From: Tubiluchus corallicola
Lineage: Eukaryota; Animalia; Priapulida
Reading direction: 5' to 3'
DNA length: 64,000 bases
Assembly (NCBI GenBank): GCA_030141605.1
Contig: JAQGDQ010000956.1
Location: 1-64,000 of the forward strand
Shown here: in pieces, positions 1 through 14,628 of the stretch
How the letters are laid out: each line of letters starts with the position of its first letter
Position numbering within the stretch: the stretch's first letter is position 1
Made by a program: the position numbers and the translations under genes
The notes under the pieces: generated by a model
Told to the model about the DNA's origin: nothing
The model's input: the letters and a program-made list of their open reading frames with translations, nothing else
Databases searched by the model: none

Positions 1-1236
1 TTGAACTGCTCTGTAAATTAAAAGAAGGTTTATTAGGGTAGATAGATAAACTTTCTTTGGTTAATTAAGTTCAAGTTATTTGTAGCTTTGTGGTAAGCGG
101 CACAAATATGGTCATTAATGCCGGATTGAGGAGAATTTTTTAGTTTCTTGAAAGTTCTAGATGAAATACCGAAATTCTTGTTGTAAAGTGTTTAGATGTT
201 TTGTCATGCTAAGCAGGATTGAAGCTGCTGCACTGAAATCTGAAATAAATAATAAAAAATTGACTATGTAAGATATATTAAAATCTAGTTGAGATGTATT
301 AAAAAGTTCATTTTATAAGCTATTAGTTTATGGGACTTAGTAACTCAGGAAACTATATGAATTTTTCTCGAAATTAAGCAATATTATTGTTTACGATTCG
401 AATATGGGCCTAACTCAGCTAAGATTATACTGGCACATTTTGCCTATGTAATTATTGTCACCACATTTTGGAAGTATATTAAATGTATTCATACGTTTAG
501 TTGTAAATTTTAGTATGAAATGGGTGTCTAATATACTATGGTAACAACAGTTTACTGGTACTAAAAGGGTTGTTTACATTTCTAATTTGTTTGTATGTAG
601 GAATTACAGCGTGCAATAATTTCGGCAGGCTTCTAATATTGGAATTTTCATTATCGATTTAATCAGGACGCAGTGTGTTTACTTTTACCACAATTTATTT
701 AGAAAATTAATCAAAAAAGAACTGTGGCGAGTGTAATTTTTGATAATATTTAACTTAAGACGTAGTGCAGAAAAATTGGTGCGCATGCGTATTTATAGTG
801 ACGTATTACTAAAGTTTTTCTTTGTAAGAAGTTTTCTTTTCTGTGAGTCAACTGTCAGTTGTATTATTGACGTTTTGTCTGACTGACTTATTGAATTCTT
901 TAGTTTAAACTTCATTTTTGAAGTGGATATAAAAACAGATTGTGTCTGATACAAGTATCACCACGTGTATAAATTCTTTGTTTCCATAAAAATACGTGCA
1001 ATTGAGAAGCAAATGATTTGAAAATTTGTACAAAATTGACAAGCAAAGTGTCAACGTACCAGTCAGTCATTTTATGATTGACTAAACTGTTAATAGGGTC
1101 ATTCTAAACATCTAAAACATATTAATAGTAAATTTTAATACAGGAATGAATATCAAGGCAACATTATTAACATCATCAGCTATTTTAGTAAACAGTTGTA
1201 AACAACGTTCAACTACAGCAAAAAAGTTGCTTTCAA

Positions 1237-1335
1237 ATGATGATGATGATGATGAGGATTATGACGACGACGACGACGACGACGAAGACGATGATGATGA
1301 CGACGACGATGATGATGACGACGACGACGTTGTTG
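1237..1335. repeat. (GAT/GAC)n trinucleotide repeat
   Basis: Directly visible. It produces the spurious poly-Asp ORF. Confidence 0.95.
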
Positions 1336-1740
1336 ATGGCAATGTTAGGGTCATTCTAAACTACTAAAGCCAATTAATTAAACGAAATATGCATGGCTAC
1401 TAAAATTACAATTATTACAACACTCATGTTACAATAAATTGGTAAAATTGCACAAACACACATACACGTAAGAATTATATAACATATATTAATTAAAAAA
1501 TATATATGAGAATAAGAACAAGCAAATATTGAACGTATTTACTTTTAATAATTCTGAAAGGCAGTTAAGGGACCAATTATATATAAGGGACCAGGGACTG
1601 TATATATAATATCCCTATATATAAACATGAATTCAGATCACGAATTTTGACTACTAATTTGATACAATACTTCTGTTGATTTATTTATGCATCGATCTGA
1701 TACAATAAACATTTTGTGTGATGTCATCACTGTGTATGTA

Positions 1741-2335
<595 letters not shown>

Positions 2336-2806
2336 TGTGTGTGTGTGTTGTGTGTGTGTGCGTGTGCGTGCGTGCGTGCGTGCGTGTGTGTGTGTGTGTG
2401 TGTGTGCCAATAAAGAACTGATATTCAAAAGCACATAAGAATACTCCAGTATGAGAATAAAATTCACGCAACTGTTTAAGGTAAGTGCAAACTAAAAACC
2501 ACCGTGCACAGAAATTTAAAACAGGAATATTATTTTTTTCTATTATACTAACAAACTTGCTGCACATTTGATGCAGGTTTTGTGGTGTTTATAAACATGA
2601 TGATTACATCACTTTGAAAAGAGTAGGATAGCTACCTTTTAAAAATAGTAACCAATAATAGGCATTTTAAAAATTTGCAAAAAAGTAAGGCAACGGTAAT
2701 TATCTTAACTGTGAAGTGTAAAATCACTTTTCTAAAATCGTTGCCTTTTACAGGGTCTTCATTTCAAAGAGGCACTCATTATTTCTATGTCAAAATTGTC
2801 ACATAT

Positions 2807-2885
2807 TACAGTCGAATCCCTGTAATACGATTTCCACGGGACCAAAATATTTTTTCGTATTAAGCCTGTTTCGTACTAGCAGACG
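2807..2885 (+). mobile_element. Probable left end of a pogo/Tigger-like (Tc1-mariner) element
   Basis: TA followed by CAGTCGAATCCCTGTAATACGA...GGGACC...TTCGTATTA, resembling pogo-type TIR and subterminal motifs as I recall them. No right end found. Confidence 0.45.
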
Positions 2886-2927
2886 ATTTTGCTTTGCAAG
2901 CACACATGTGAAAATATTACACGCAAA

Positions 2928-3422
2928 TTATAATATAGACTATAAAGATTATTATTATTATATTGCCTATAATATAGACTATAGCCTATAATATAGGCTA
3001 TAAGATTATTATTATATTAGCCTATAATATAGACTATAGCCTATGATATAGACTATAACATTATTATTATATTAGCCTATAATATAGACTATAGCCTATA
3101 ATATAGACTATAAGATTATTATTATATATTAGCCTATGATATAGACTATAGCCTATAATATAGACTATAAGATTATTATTATATTAGCCTATAATATAGA
3201 CTATAGCCTATAATATAGACTATAAGATTATTATTATATTAGCCTATAATATAGATATAGCCTATAATATAGACTATAAGATTATTATTATATTAGCCTA
3301 TAATATAGACTACAGCCTATAATATAGACTATAAGATTATTATTATATTAGCCTATAATATAGACTATAGCCTATAATATAGACTATAAGATTATTATTA
3401 TATTAGCCTATAATATAGGCTA
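2928..3422. repeat. 55-bp minisatellite, ~9 copies, with internal 19-bp subrepeat
   Basis: Unit attattattatattagcctataatatagactatagcctataatatagactataag. Confidence 0.95.
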
Positions 3423-4095
3423 ATAAGGACTATATATTGAAGCCATTCTACGTATTCATGTTTTGTGTCAGCCAAGGTGACGGACTGTGGCTGCTCCTCT
3501 GCTTGTAGCCCGAGTTCGAATCTCACGACCACCTGTATTGCAGCAAATAGTTATTATCTGCGTTATTTATTTGTGGCGTTTCAGTGATGTTGTATTCGTT
3601 TAGAATTGCTCATTGTAGCCTATGGATAATGTTGTCTGTTGTCACGGTAACTGTAAATGGGTGTCTTTGTCCGTTTGTCCTTCTGATCATTTCAAAACAT
3701 TTATCCTGTTGAGATCACGTGCCTATTGGCTAATGATGTCATTTCATTTTGACTTATGAAATATTGTGAATTTTAATACTTTCTGATAGTTTTATGCTAC
3801 TTTTTGCCATTTTATAACAACTCAAAGATTTTTGGGGTTCCGTTTATAATTCAGTTTATAAAAATGTTGAAACAAAAACCGTTGAATTAACAGAAACTAA
3901 AACGAAATCAGTTTTTATTGCGTTAAAGTAAGCTTAATTACTTTTACAAAGGAGGATAGCCTTGTTTTGGAAATGGGAATGTTACTAAATGTCACGTGAC
4001 TCGCGTAATTATTATTATTATTCTTTTATTTCGTACCGTTACATACAAATACAACTGATATATTCATATACTCAAACGTAACAATGAAAAGTTAA

Positions 4096-4538
4096 CCCTT
4101 TCAGTCCCAAATTATTTTTTTAATATGAAAAACTTTTTTAAAAACACAACAAAAGCAAAAAATGTGCTTCATTTTGCAACTGCTGATAATTTTTTAAAGT
4201 ATTTAAGACATTTAGTATGCATGCTATGCTGATCTGTACAAAGTCGTCTCTAAAGTACTGTACCTACTGTAGTTTTTTGTGCTACGTAGATTTTCTAGTT
4301 TGCCATTTTATCACCATTTTAGTCTATTGTTATTGGCTTAAATCAATACTGTACCTACTGTAGTTTTTTGTGCTACGTAGATTTTTTAGTTTGCCATTTT
4401 ATCACCATTTTAGTCTATTGTTATTGGCTTAAATCAAAATACTTATTAACAGATCAAATAACTGTCAGTTTTAAAATTTTATTAATTTTAAAGACAGAAA
4501 ATATCAAGTATCCACGGGATACAACGGGTATGATAAGG
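4096..4538 (+). mobile_element. Non-autonomous piggyBac-like MITE, copy 1 (internal ~91-bp tandem duplication)
   Basis: TTAA|CCCTTTCAGTCCC...GGGTATGATAAGG|TTAA. Highly similar to the copy at 55347-55806. Confidence 0.85.
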
Positions 4539-4930
4539 TTAACGTAAACACGCATAAAAAGGAAAGAAATTACTATGCATCAAATAAACAATTAATAAAA
4601 ATGGCAATGATCCTACATAATCGTACATATAAATATTGTTCATTTTCACATATCCTTCACAGATAAAATTGTAAAAACACATTAAAAGGATTAATAACTG
4701 GGTTTATAACATTTGTGTTACCAAACTTCAAAAATAAATCATAGTTTCTTTTTAAGAAAGTACAACGTTAATTGAATATTGTCGATGCTCAAGTTTCGAA
4801 TTTTCTTTAAATAATTTAATTTTCTACAATTATTTTAACTTGCGATTAATAGCTATCATGAAAACAGTAACACAAAATGATTAAAAAGCCAAGAAAAATT
4901 AGACATAGAAACGTGCTAAAGGTAAAAAGT

Positions 4931-5070
4931 GAGCGGCGTAGCTTAATGATAGCGTACTCGCTTCCCACCCGCGAGGTCGCGGGTTCAAGTCTCGACCGAG
5001 TCCTACCAAAGACTTTGAAAAATTGTACCGCTTGTTCTTCGACCAAGCACGTGGATTTTTCGAAGTGACA
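4931..5070 (+). mobile_element. tRNA-derived SINE (MetaSINE-like central domain)
   Basis: A box TAGCTTAATGATAG, B box GGTTCAAGTCTC, then GTCCTACCAAAGACTTTGAAAAATTGTACC. An inverted copy lies at 43205-43333. Confidence 0.8.
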
Positions 5071-5899
5071 TACGTGTAAATAATAATCGGGACTACCTTG
5101 GAAATAAGTAATGAGTTACTTAAGGTGTTATGTCCTAAACGAAATTATATATATATATAATTTATATACATATACATTTATTTACATATACATATATATA
5201 TGTACGTAAGCTGTTACGCAAACAACTCGATAATAATAGCTACGGTTTACTAATATCTAGAGATTAATGACAAGAAAAACAATAGGGTAACACAAATGTA
5301 AACAATATCTGTCAATATCACAGTTTTTTATATTGGTATCAAATGTCGCTTATTGTACCGAGTACGCGTTTGTAGTATTATGTGACCCATTTAACTGTCA
5401 GTCTACTACACTAAAGTACTGAATTAGTCTATGCTGCCATCTACATTCTGGTTCTAACTCTCTTATTCAAGTTAAAATAGAGAAAAATTATAACATTATA
5501 ACACAGCTTTCTGTAAACAAATAATCTTTATTCTTCTATGTCCTGAACGAAATTATTATTATAAATTATTGCTTACTCGGTAATTGGGCATTTAAATTAT
5601 TATTATTAAAATTAATTGAAAAAAATTAACTTTCGTAAAAAAGTTTTTAATTTAACACAATTGCCTTATTTCTGCCTACAACAGTGTTTCATTGGTTATA
5701 CATATAATATTTTCATGTCTTTTATTATAATTGTAAATGTGTATAACTTATGCAATAAAATTTTTATTGCATTATACACATATATAATCTGTCGTTTCAG
5801 CAGCCTACAATACTTAATGATAATTCACAATTTGCAAATTCTGATGCGGTTCGATGTTTCTAATGAGTTTGACAAAACGTTTAACTCAGATACCAATTT

Positions 5900-6409
5900 T
5901 TCGGTTTTTGGTTTTCAGTTCTGTGAGTAAAACCGCGTGAGCAGCATTTTCCCTGTCTATCGACAGCGGACGAATTTTCGGTGGTACAATATAATTTTAT
6001 GACCAGGCGCACTGCAATTTGTGGTCGCGTGAGCGTAACCATCGTATACGCGGCGGCTCTGGAGCTAGAGCCTCGGTGCAATGTTATTCGCATGTCACGT
6101 GACGCGATGCGTCATCAGCCGAGAGAAAATGTATACGATTCATAATGATGGTGACCGTAGCGAGTGTAGTGCGAGGCGACAGACGGGAAATTTTGGCCGA
6201 ATCGACGGCCGTAACTGTTCAAAGTGTGCAAGTGTTAATAGACGATGTTTCTGCGCTAGATTTGGCGACTTTGGTGTGAATTTTTGGCCATCTAGATTGT
6301 GATTGTGTTTTGATAACAGTTTGTGAAGTTTTAATCACGTGATTCGTCTCTGTTTTTCCACACAGGTACAAATTGGCGTATACAAAACTGGCTCGGAGCA
6401 GGAGGCATA
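5900..6409 (+). promoter_or_regulatory. CpG-rich promoter-proximal / 5'UTR region of Abd-B with candidate splice acceptors
   Basis: Sharp rise in GC and CpG content. E-boxes GTCACGTGAC (~6094) and ATCACGTGAT (~6334), TTTTATGAC (~5995), and pyrimidine-rich acceptors ending at 5918 and 6365. Confidence 0.55.
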
Positions 6410-7004
6410 ATGATGAACGGCGGCTTTTTCGACGATGGCGCCTGTAAAGCGGGTCTGGACCACGGAGCCCTCTCAAACGCTTGTTTACAACCGGGACCGC
6501 TACACGTTCCGGGAAAGAGGGTCTCGACCACGCCAGTTATACCGCTAGGATACCGAAGTACCACATCGCAACACGGTGATACAACGTTAACAGATGCAAG
6601 TGTGGCTCACAGGCCTTCCCAATCCTGGAACTATCCATCAACCCCAGAGACGGCCACTTTGGACCCCACACATTCGCACTTTAAACAAACTATATGTCGG
6701 GACGCCGGGCTACCCTCAGCGTACTACCCGACGACCGACATGACGAGGGACAGAAAGTCCATAGACATTTGGCCGCATGGACCACACCCAGCCTACAACA
6801 TACCAAATACAATGCATACCACGGCCGCAACAGGTGCTGAAGCTTGGAACACCTTTCCAAATCAGGCCTGGTGTAATTATCCATGTCCGGCGAGACTTCC
6901 GCCTCATATAGATTCGCAACATAGGCCCTACCTGCCCGGTGACGACCGACAATCCGGATTCGACGGATGCCGATCAGCTGCCGCGGGTCTGTACGAAGCA
7001 ACAG
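6410..7004 (+). CDS. Abd-B: Abdominal-B-type posterior Hox gene, first coding exon (198 codons + 1 nt)
   Basis: The only long non-repetitive, GC-richer ORF in the window (MMNGGFFDD...QAWCNYP...GLYEAT). It ends at a consensus donor ACAG|GTAAGT (GT at 7005) in phase 1, matching the phase of the homeobox exon acceptor. Pro/His/Tyr/Trp-rich content is typical of Hox N-termini. Confidence 0.85.
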
Positions 7005-8946
7005 GTAAGTAATCAGTCTCTCTCTCTCTCTCTGTAATATCTACCTGTAATTTCACTCAGACATTACCTGATGAGAGTTTTATTACGTACGTTTATGAAC
7101 GTTCGCTAACCTCTGCTCTATAATGCTTACAACTCAAGTGTAAAACTGCTCATAAAACTACATCCATATAACCACTATGTTCTACCTGTACACGTATGCA
7201 TATCTAAGCCCATTCATCTATTAGACTCAATTTGCTCGCTATCTGAAACACTTCCATAGTCACAGTAAAAACTAAGTATATTGACCATAAATAATTATTA
7301 CAGCTACAACCATTGTATCGTTAACATCAGAGCAGCTCATATTCGACAGTTGTTTACGACATACTTAAGGGATGCCCTTTCGGAACAATATGACACTTTT
7401 ACAGGCTAGAACAACGTGTCGCTAGTGTGTAAATTTGTCCAAACTTTCTTTGTTATATTGCTGAATTAATGAATATAAAATTTGTCATAATCTATGAAAC
7501 AGAATAGCAGAGTTGTCATAAAGTACTCGCATATACGGGAGCGTGTGGAAATTCCTGTGCAGTTTATGTATTACAGCGGGAGAGTGGAAGTCCTATAAAT
7601 TACGCAAACATGCCCAATCCGTCTTTACAGATGACGAAAACATATTTAAATCGTTTTGATTTTACGAAACATTGCAGGAAAGTACAACACCTGCCGTTTC
7701 GAATCGACGGCCAAACAGATAGCTAATAAAACAATAAAAACACTATAGCAATGATATACGGCCAGCGATAAAGCCATTTGAAATGAATGCTTTGGAAAAT
7801 AAAATTTTCTGATTGAATGTAGTTGCGCTGGCAGTAATCACGGAGATGTTGATGTTTATTTACAGTTAAGAGTCGATTGATAGTTAGTAAAATTATATGT
7901 ATAAGTGTCTGGGGCAGTTAACGCGCGTGTAAAGGTGTCGTTTATTTTACAATGTAATGTTACAATGCACAACGCAAGCAACGATAACGTTCAAGTACGG
8001 AGGCTTCAAATAAAATATGTGCTTACTGTATTATGGCCAAGCATAAAGTTTTATTCGGTCACAAAACGTTGAAGTTTATTAGGGGAAAATGACTTTACGC
8101 CATATTTAAAAGTTTTAAGTGAACAAGCGGGATTAATTTATGTCGAGTAGCATCGGTTTTGAACTAAGTATTACAACACGCGTAAAGTTGTACTAACTAT
8201 TGCTGAAATTTATAAGCAGTGATTGAAATTTATATACTGTTTAGAGTCAGAAGTTTTGCGGGTTTTGTATACAGTGTTTTATGCCAGATAACGCGGGATA
8301 GTACACTTATAATATCAGCATAAAAATTAAATTAATTTTAAATAAATTTTAGTTAACAATAAAATTTGTAAAATTGTTGTTTAGGATTAGTTTAAATATA
8401 ATTTATTATAGGATTGGATCAGACAGTTTGAACAACAAGATTTAGGATCCGCACCACAACAGACTTTATACACTATTTACAAGAACATTTACAGTACGAA
8501 TAGACTAAAACTACACAAGCTGACAAGTTTTACTACAAGAATACATTAGACATTAGTACAAAATGGCGGTTAGAAAATATTAATGTACGAATATTTAAGA
8601 CTGATGCATTTTATATCAGATAGAAACTACTGGAAGCGTTTAGTACGTAATATAAAGTCATGTTGTTTAGGATTTTTAAGTAAATTGTGTCAGTGACACA
8701 ACACACACACAGTGTTGTGCTAACTAAGCCTGCTGTACTGTAGAAGCGTAGTCGAGTCTGGAATTTCAAAAGGTTCCTAGTGCAATAAATTTCGATTTAC
8801 AATTTAGATGCCACTCGACTTTCATAACAGGCTATGGTAAAAAGTTTAGCCTTTCGATTACACAGAACTGCCGAGAGTTTCTGCACGTGTTTCTCTGTTC
8901 TGTAACTTATATTCATAACTCGTATGTGAATTGTATTAGCTGGGCT

Positions 8947-11366
8947 TGTTATATTAAAATGTATCGTATTAAAAAGTATTATTAAATAAACTACTAAGTA
9001 AAAATTACAAAAAAATCAAGCGAAAACGTTACATGCATATGTACACTTACGTATTATAATCCACAATTCTTTTAATACGTATTTTAATTACGTATTTAAC
9101 GCGTAATAAAATTTACTTGTTGCTCGTATAGCGTGAACGTTACTTAATTTATAAGTTCATAGTGCAAATTCTTATGGCTTTTCACGTTGGAATAATTTGA
9201 GTAATGTTGTGTTAAATGGACTACGAGTTACTTAAAATAATAATTTCAGTAATGTTGCATTAAATGGACTAAGAGTTAGTTATAATAATAATAATTTCAG
9301 TAATGTTGTATTAAATTGACCAAGATTTTCTTATAATAATAATTTTAGTAATGTTGTATTAAATGGACTAAGAGTTACTTATAATAATAATTTTAGTAAT
9401 GTTGTATTAAATTAACTAAGAGTATCTTATAATAATAATTTTAGTAATGTTGTATTAAATTGACTAAGAGTTACTTATAATAATAATTTCAGAAATGTTG
9501 TATTAAATTGACTAAGAGTTACTTATAAAATAATTTCAGTAATGTTGTATTAAATTGACTAAGAGTTACTTATAATAATAATTTCAGTAATGTTGCGTTA
9601 AACGGACTAAGAGTTACTTGTAAATTTTATACCAATGCTAGTAACTTAAGCAGTTCTAGTTATTGTAAATTTTATAGCAATGCTAGTAACTTATGCATTT
9701 CTAGTCATTGTAAATTTTATACCAATGCTAGTAACTTAAGCATTTCTAGTCATTGTAAATTTTATACCAATGCTAGTAACTTAAGCATTTCTAGTCATTG
9801 TAAATTTTATACCAATGCTAGTAACTTAAGCATTTCTAGTCATTGTAAATTTATACCAATGCTAGTAACTTATGGATTTCTAGTCATTGTAAATTTTATA
9901 ACAATGCTAGTAACTTAAGCATTTCTAGTCATTGTAAATTTTATACCAATGCTAGTAACTTAAGCATTTCTAGTCATTGTAAATTTTATACCAATGCTAG
10001 TAACTTAAGCATTTCTAGTCATTGTAAATTTTATAACAATGCTAGTAACTTAAGCATTTCTAGTCATTGTAAATTTTATAACAATGCTAGTAACTTAAGC
10101 ATTTTTGTGGGCTTTTTTATGCTGAAATAAATAGCAATCAACCAATGAAGCAAAAGCAATAATGTTTTTGTAATTTAATGTTTGAGAAAATTTTGACGCT
10201 GCAGGCCTGTCCTCCACTCCCTTAGAATATAGTAACGGTTTCTTTTTAAATGCAAGAAATACGGTAGACCTAGATTAACACGTACAGTAGATGCATTGCA
10301 ATCAAGCCTGAGCGAAAATGGTTTACGAATTTCATTATTATATGAAACTCTTAGTCTATTTAATACAACATTACTAAAATTATTACTATAAGTAACTCTT
10401 AGTTTATTTAACACAACATTACTGAAATTAATATTATTAGTAACTCTGAGTTTATTTAACACAACATTACTGAAATTATTATTACAATAAACTCTTAGTC
10501 AATTTAATACAACATTACTGAAATTATTATTATAAGTAACTCTTAGTCAATTTAATACAACATTACTGAAATTATTATTATAAGTAACTCTTAGTCAATT
10601 TAATACAACATTACTGAAATTATTAATATAAGAAACTTTTAGTCAATTTAATACAACATTACTGAAATTATTATTATAAGAAACTCTTAGTCAATTTAAT
10701 ACAACATTACTGAAACTATTATTATAAGTAACTCTTAGTCAATTTAATACAACATTACTGAAATTATTATTATTAGTAACTCTTAGTTTATTTAATACAA
10801 CATTACTGAAATTATTATTATAAGTAACTCTTAGTCTATTTAATACAACATTACTGAAATTATTATTATAAGAAACTCTTAGTCAATTTAATACAATATT
10901 ACTGAAATTATTATTATAAGCAACTCTTAGTCTATTTAATACAACATTAGTGAAATTATTATTAAAAGAAACTCTTAGTCCGTTTAACACAACATTACTG
11001 AAATTATTATTATAACTAACTCTTAGTCAGTTTAATACAACATTACTGAAATTATTATTATAAGTAACTCTTAGTCCGTTTAACACAACATTACTGAAAC
11101 TATTATTATAAGTAGCTCTTAGTCTATTTAACACAACATTACTGAAATTATTCCAACGTGAAAAGCCATAATAATTTGTACAATAATTTTTAAATAAAAT
11201 AATTTTCAGGCTATACGACGATAAGCATGAGAATTCTCTAATGTGCAAATATTAAAAAATCGCAGTTTATCTTATATAAGTGTAAAATTTTTTCTTGTCT
11301 TTTTTTAAATTTTACTTAGTAGTTTGTTCAATAATAATATTTAATTACAATACATTTTACGTAACA
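8947..11366. mobile_element. Foldback-like element: long inverted arms containing 48-bp tandem arrays around a 45-bp tandem array
   Basis: 48-bp unit aataataatttcagtaatgttgtattaaattgactaagagttacttat at 9190-9620 (~9x), with its reverse complement at 10330-11150 (~17x). Unique flanks are also inverted (ttatggcttttcacgttgg / ccaacgtgaaaagccataa; 8947-9030 vs 11281-11366). The 45-bp unit occurs ~11x at 9619-10105. Confidence 0.75.
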
Positions 11367-11658
11367 CGTGCATTGTTATTAAAATAATTTAATTTTAAAA
11401 TAATATTAAAATTCACAATCGTTCTAATTTTAACTAACTATATACATAACTAGCTTTGCTAAACTGTATTTTTTATGGGTGAATTTTGCTTAAACTTTAA
11501 CTTGTGTGTATAAAAAGATAGATAGTGTGCTTTGAAACTGTGTAGGTTAGTATGAGATTATAGCACTTTCGGCATAATTTAAGCATTATAGCTTAAATTA
11601 TGAGCAGATGTATTGTTAAAATTTTGACGTTCAACAACAACGCTAATTTTTGCATATA

Positions 11659-11878
<220 letters not shown>

Positions 11879-13151
11879 TTGCATACTTTGTATTGTGAAT
11901 TGTACGCCATAAAATGAGCCAAGACTGCAGCCCACATTTATATTAAATATTGGTGATATATTAAATCGTTTTTATTTTAAAGTAAAGTAAAATACACTTA
12001 GTTTTAGATATAATCTGGGTCTAGAGACTTATCCTAGGATTCTGGAAAGATAAAGGACAGTTTATGAACGTAAAATTCACGACAATGCACGAGTTATAAA
12101 AGAGATATATTAAAAAACGCAATATTAAAATATAGTTTAGAATAATTTTTAGTACCAAAAATTACAAGGTATATAATTGTAATGAATTGGAGCTAAATAA
12201 ATGTAGATCAATTTTAAATATTTAAGTATTATTATGACTAATTATTAATTTTGACGAGTGTGACGTCATTCCAAACAGGTTCATTTTTAGCCTGAAAATT
12301 TGAAAATGAAGTCAATGGGGGAATATTCAGGAAAATTTAGGTAACTTAAGTTAACTTACAGCATAAATGACCTAAGTATAAAAGATGACTACATCATAGT
12401 TTACGTGAATATCCCGATTCTTGTGCAGATAAATGGGTGTGTCTTTCTTCCTTGTATTTGTGAGTCTTGTCAATACAAATTTCAAACGAAGTTGTTAGTT
12501 CATCAAGAATCATTTTTTCAACTTATAAAAAAGCAATAAAGTACATATCTTCAATTTTATCATCTGTGGTTAATGATGTTGTAAGCTAAGCGAGCTTTCA
12601 CTGCATTCCTCATCATTTCCACGTTAGCAAAACTCAAATTTCTTCGCAACCCCTTGAAACAACCTGTCGATCAGTAAATTTATTTGTCAACAGATGTCAC
12701 CACGTGTCCTTGCATACTTCATGTCTGACTCTGATAATGGCAACCGACAATTACGACGATTTTCCGGCGCGATAAATACTTAGATTTCCTGAACTGGAAG
12801 CCAACTTAAGTCAGTGATACTTAAGTCTATGATGTGATAACCAAGATTTTTTGAAACCTAAAATAATAAACAATATTTTAAAAACGTTATTTTTCCTTTT
12901 AAAGCTGTGGCTATGGCTATGACCAATTTGTTTCTGAGTTAGGTCCAGCGTTTAGGATAGGTTTCGACTCAAAAATGTTGCTTTGGCTCACGAGCAAAGA
13001 TTTTTGTTCGTCGATGAATGATAGTGTTAAGATGAAGGCATAATCTGATGCATTTCGTCTATGAATGTTTTAATATTTTCAAATGTAATGGTAATTGTAG
13101 AACTGATTAGTAACTGTTTTGAATGGACTGTCACCAGTCAATGAATTTACT

Positions 13152-13154
<3 letters not shown>

Positions 13155-13212
<58 letters not shown>

Positions 13213-13235
13213 AAGAGAGCGAGAAAGAGAGAAAA

Positions 13236-13267
<32 letters not shown>

Positions 13268-13350
13268 GGAGAGAGTGAGAAAGAGAGAGAAAGAGGGAGA
13301 GAAAGGGAGAGTGTGAGAAAGAGAGAAAAAGAGAAAGAGAGAGACAGAGA
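13155..13350. repeat. (GA)n-rich tract
   Basis: Directly visible. Confidence 0.95.
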
Positions 13351-14310
13351 GCAAAAGATTGGAGTTAAAAAGAAAAAAAACAGGAAGTCTTGCTAATATG
13401 GACTTGCTGCCATGTTGCAAAAACTCAGCTGATAAACAAATAAAAAAGCAATAATCAAAACATTTGCGCTATAAAAAACTTTTTTACTTCTTGTCTTTAC
13501 CCGATGTTTTACATCAAGCAAAGAAGAGGAAAGATACAGTTAGTTTGCTCTGCGAGCTGGCGTCTTACCAACCTTCTCTTTCCATACAATGTAAATTATA
13601 GCAGAGCTGTCTCGACACAGTTGTCCAGAGAATTTTCGGCTCCTATCAGTAATTAATTCTGAAAAAATAGTTTGATTTGTTGTTCGACACATGTTTGGTT
13701 AAAGTCGGCACCGTTTGACATGGATGAACGCGTTTACCATGCATGCTCAGTAATAGGGAAGCTATTAATAAGGCTGGCAGGCTATCTGTTTAAAACTTAC
13801 TACACGTATATATAAAACGTACGAATTGATTACGATAATATTTCTATCCTTAGTCCTCTGTACAGTGTTTTGTTTAATGAAATTTATTCATCAGAAATTT
13901 AACAAAATTCAACGAAATTACGAAAAAGTTAAGAAATTAATTTTGACACGTACCAGATGACGTGACATTATTCTGTGAATTTATTAGGGCATATTTAATA
14001 TCCATTTATTAAATTTTATTTATTTAAAATTGATCAATTAATTTTTTGATTAACTTTTTTAAATTAACTTATGCGTATTTTTATTGAAATTCCAAACTTA
14101 GTGATTAAGGCATACATAATAAACATTAAATCGATTTATTACAGTAAATAATTACTATTTAGTATAAATAATGAACTGACACAAGGTTTATTTTTTGTTA
14201 TAATTTTAAAACTAATGAATTAATATTTATTTAGTAAAATTAATCTTAAGTTTTCGTTGACAAATTGACAGTTTGTGAGTTTATGTATATATGTCAGCTT
14301 ATGCATAAAA

Positions 14311-14628
<318 letters not shown>

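Noticed and set aside
1146-1367. Poly-Asp ORF, and a 16-bp direct repeat at 1094/1346 resembling a TSD
   Set aside because: The ORF is a trinucleotide repeat. Similarity extends past the 16-mer, which suggests an old local duplication rather than a clean insertion.
6690-7001. Antisense ORFs over Abd-B exon 1
   Set aside because: Shadow ORFs of GC-richer coding sequence.
13155-13350. (GA)n tracts as GAGA-factor/Polycomb response elements
   Set aside because: Microsatellites of all kinds are abundant throughout the window, so GA tracts carry no specific signal.
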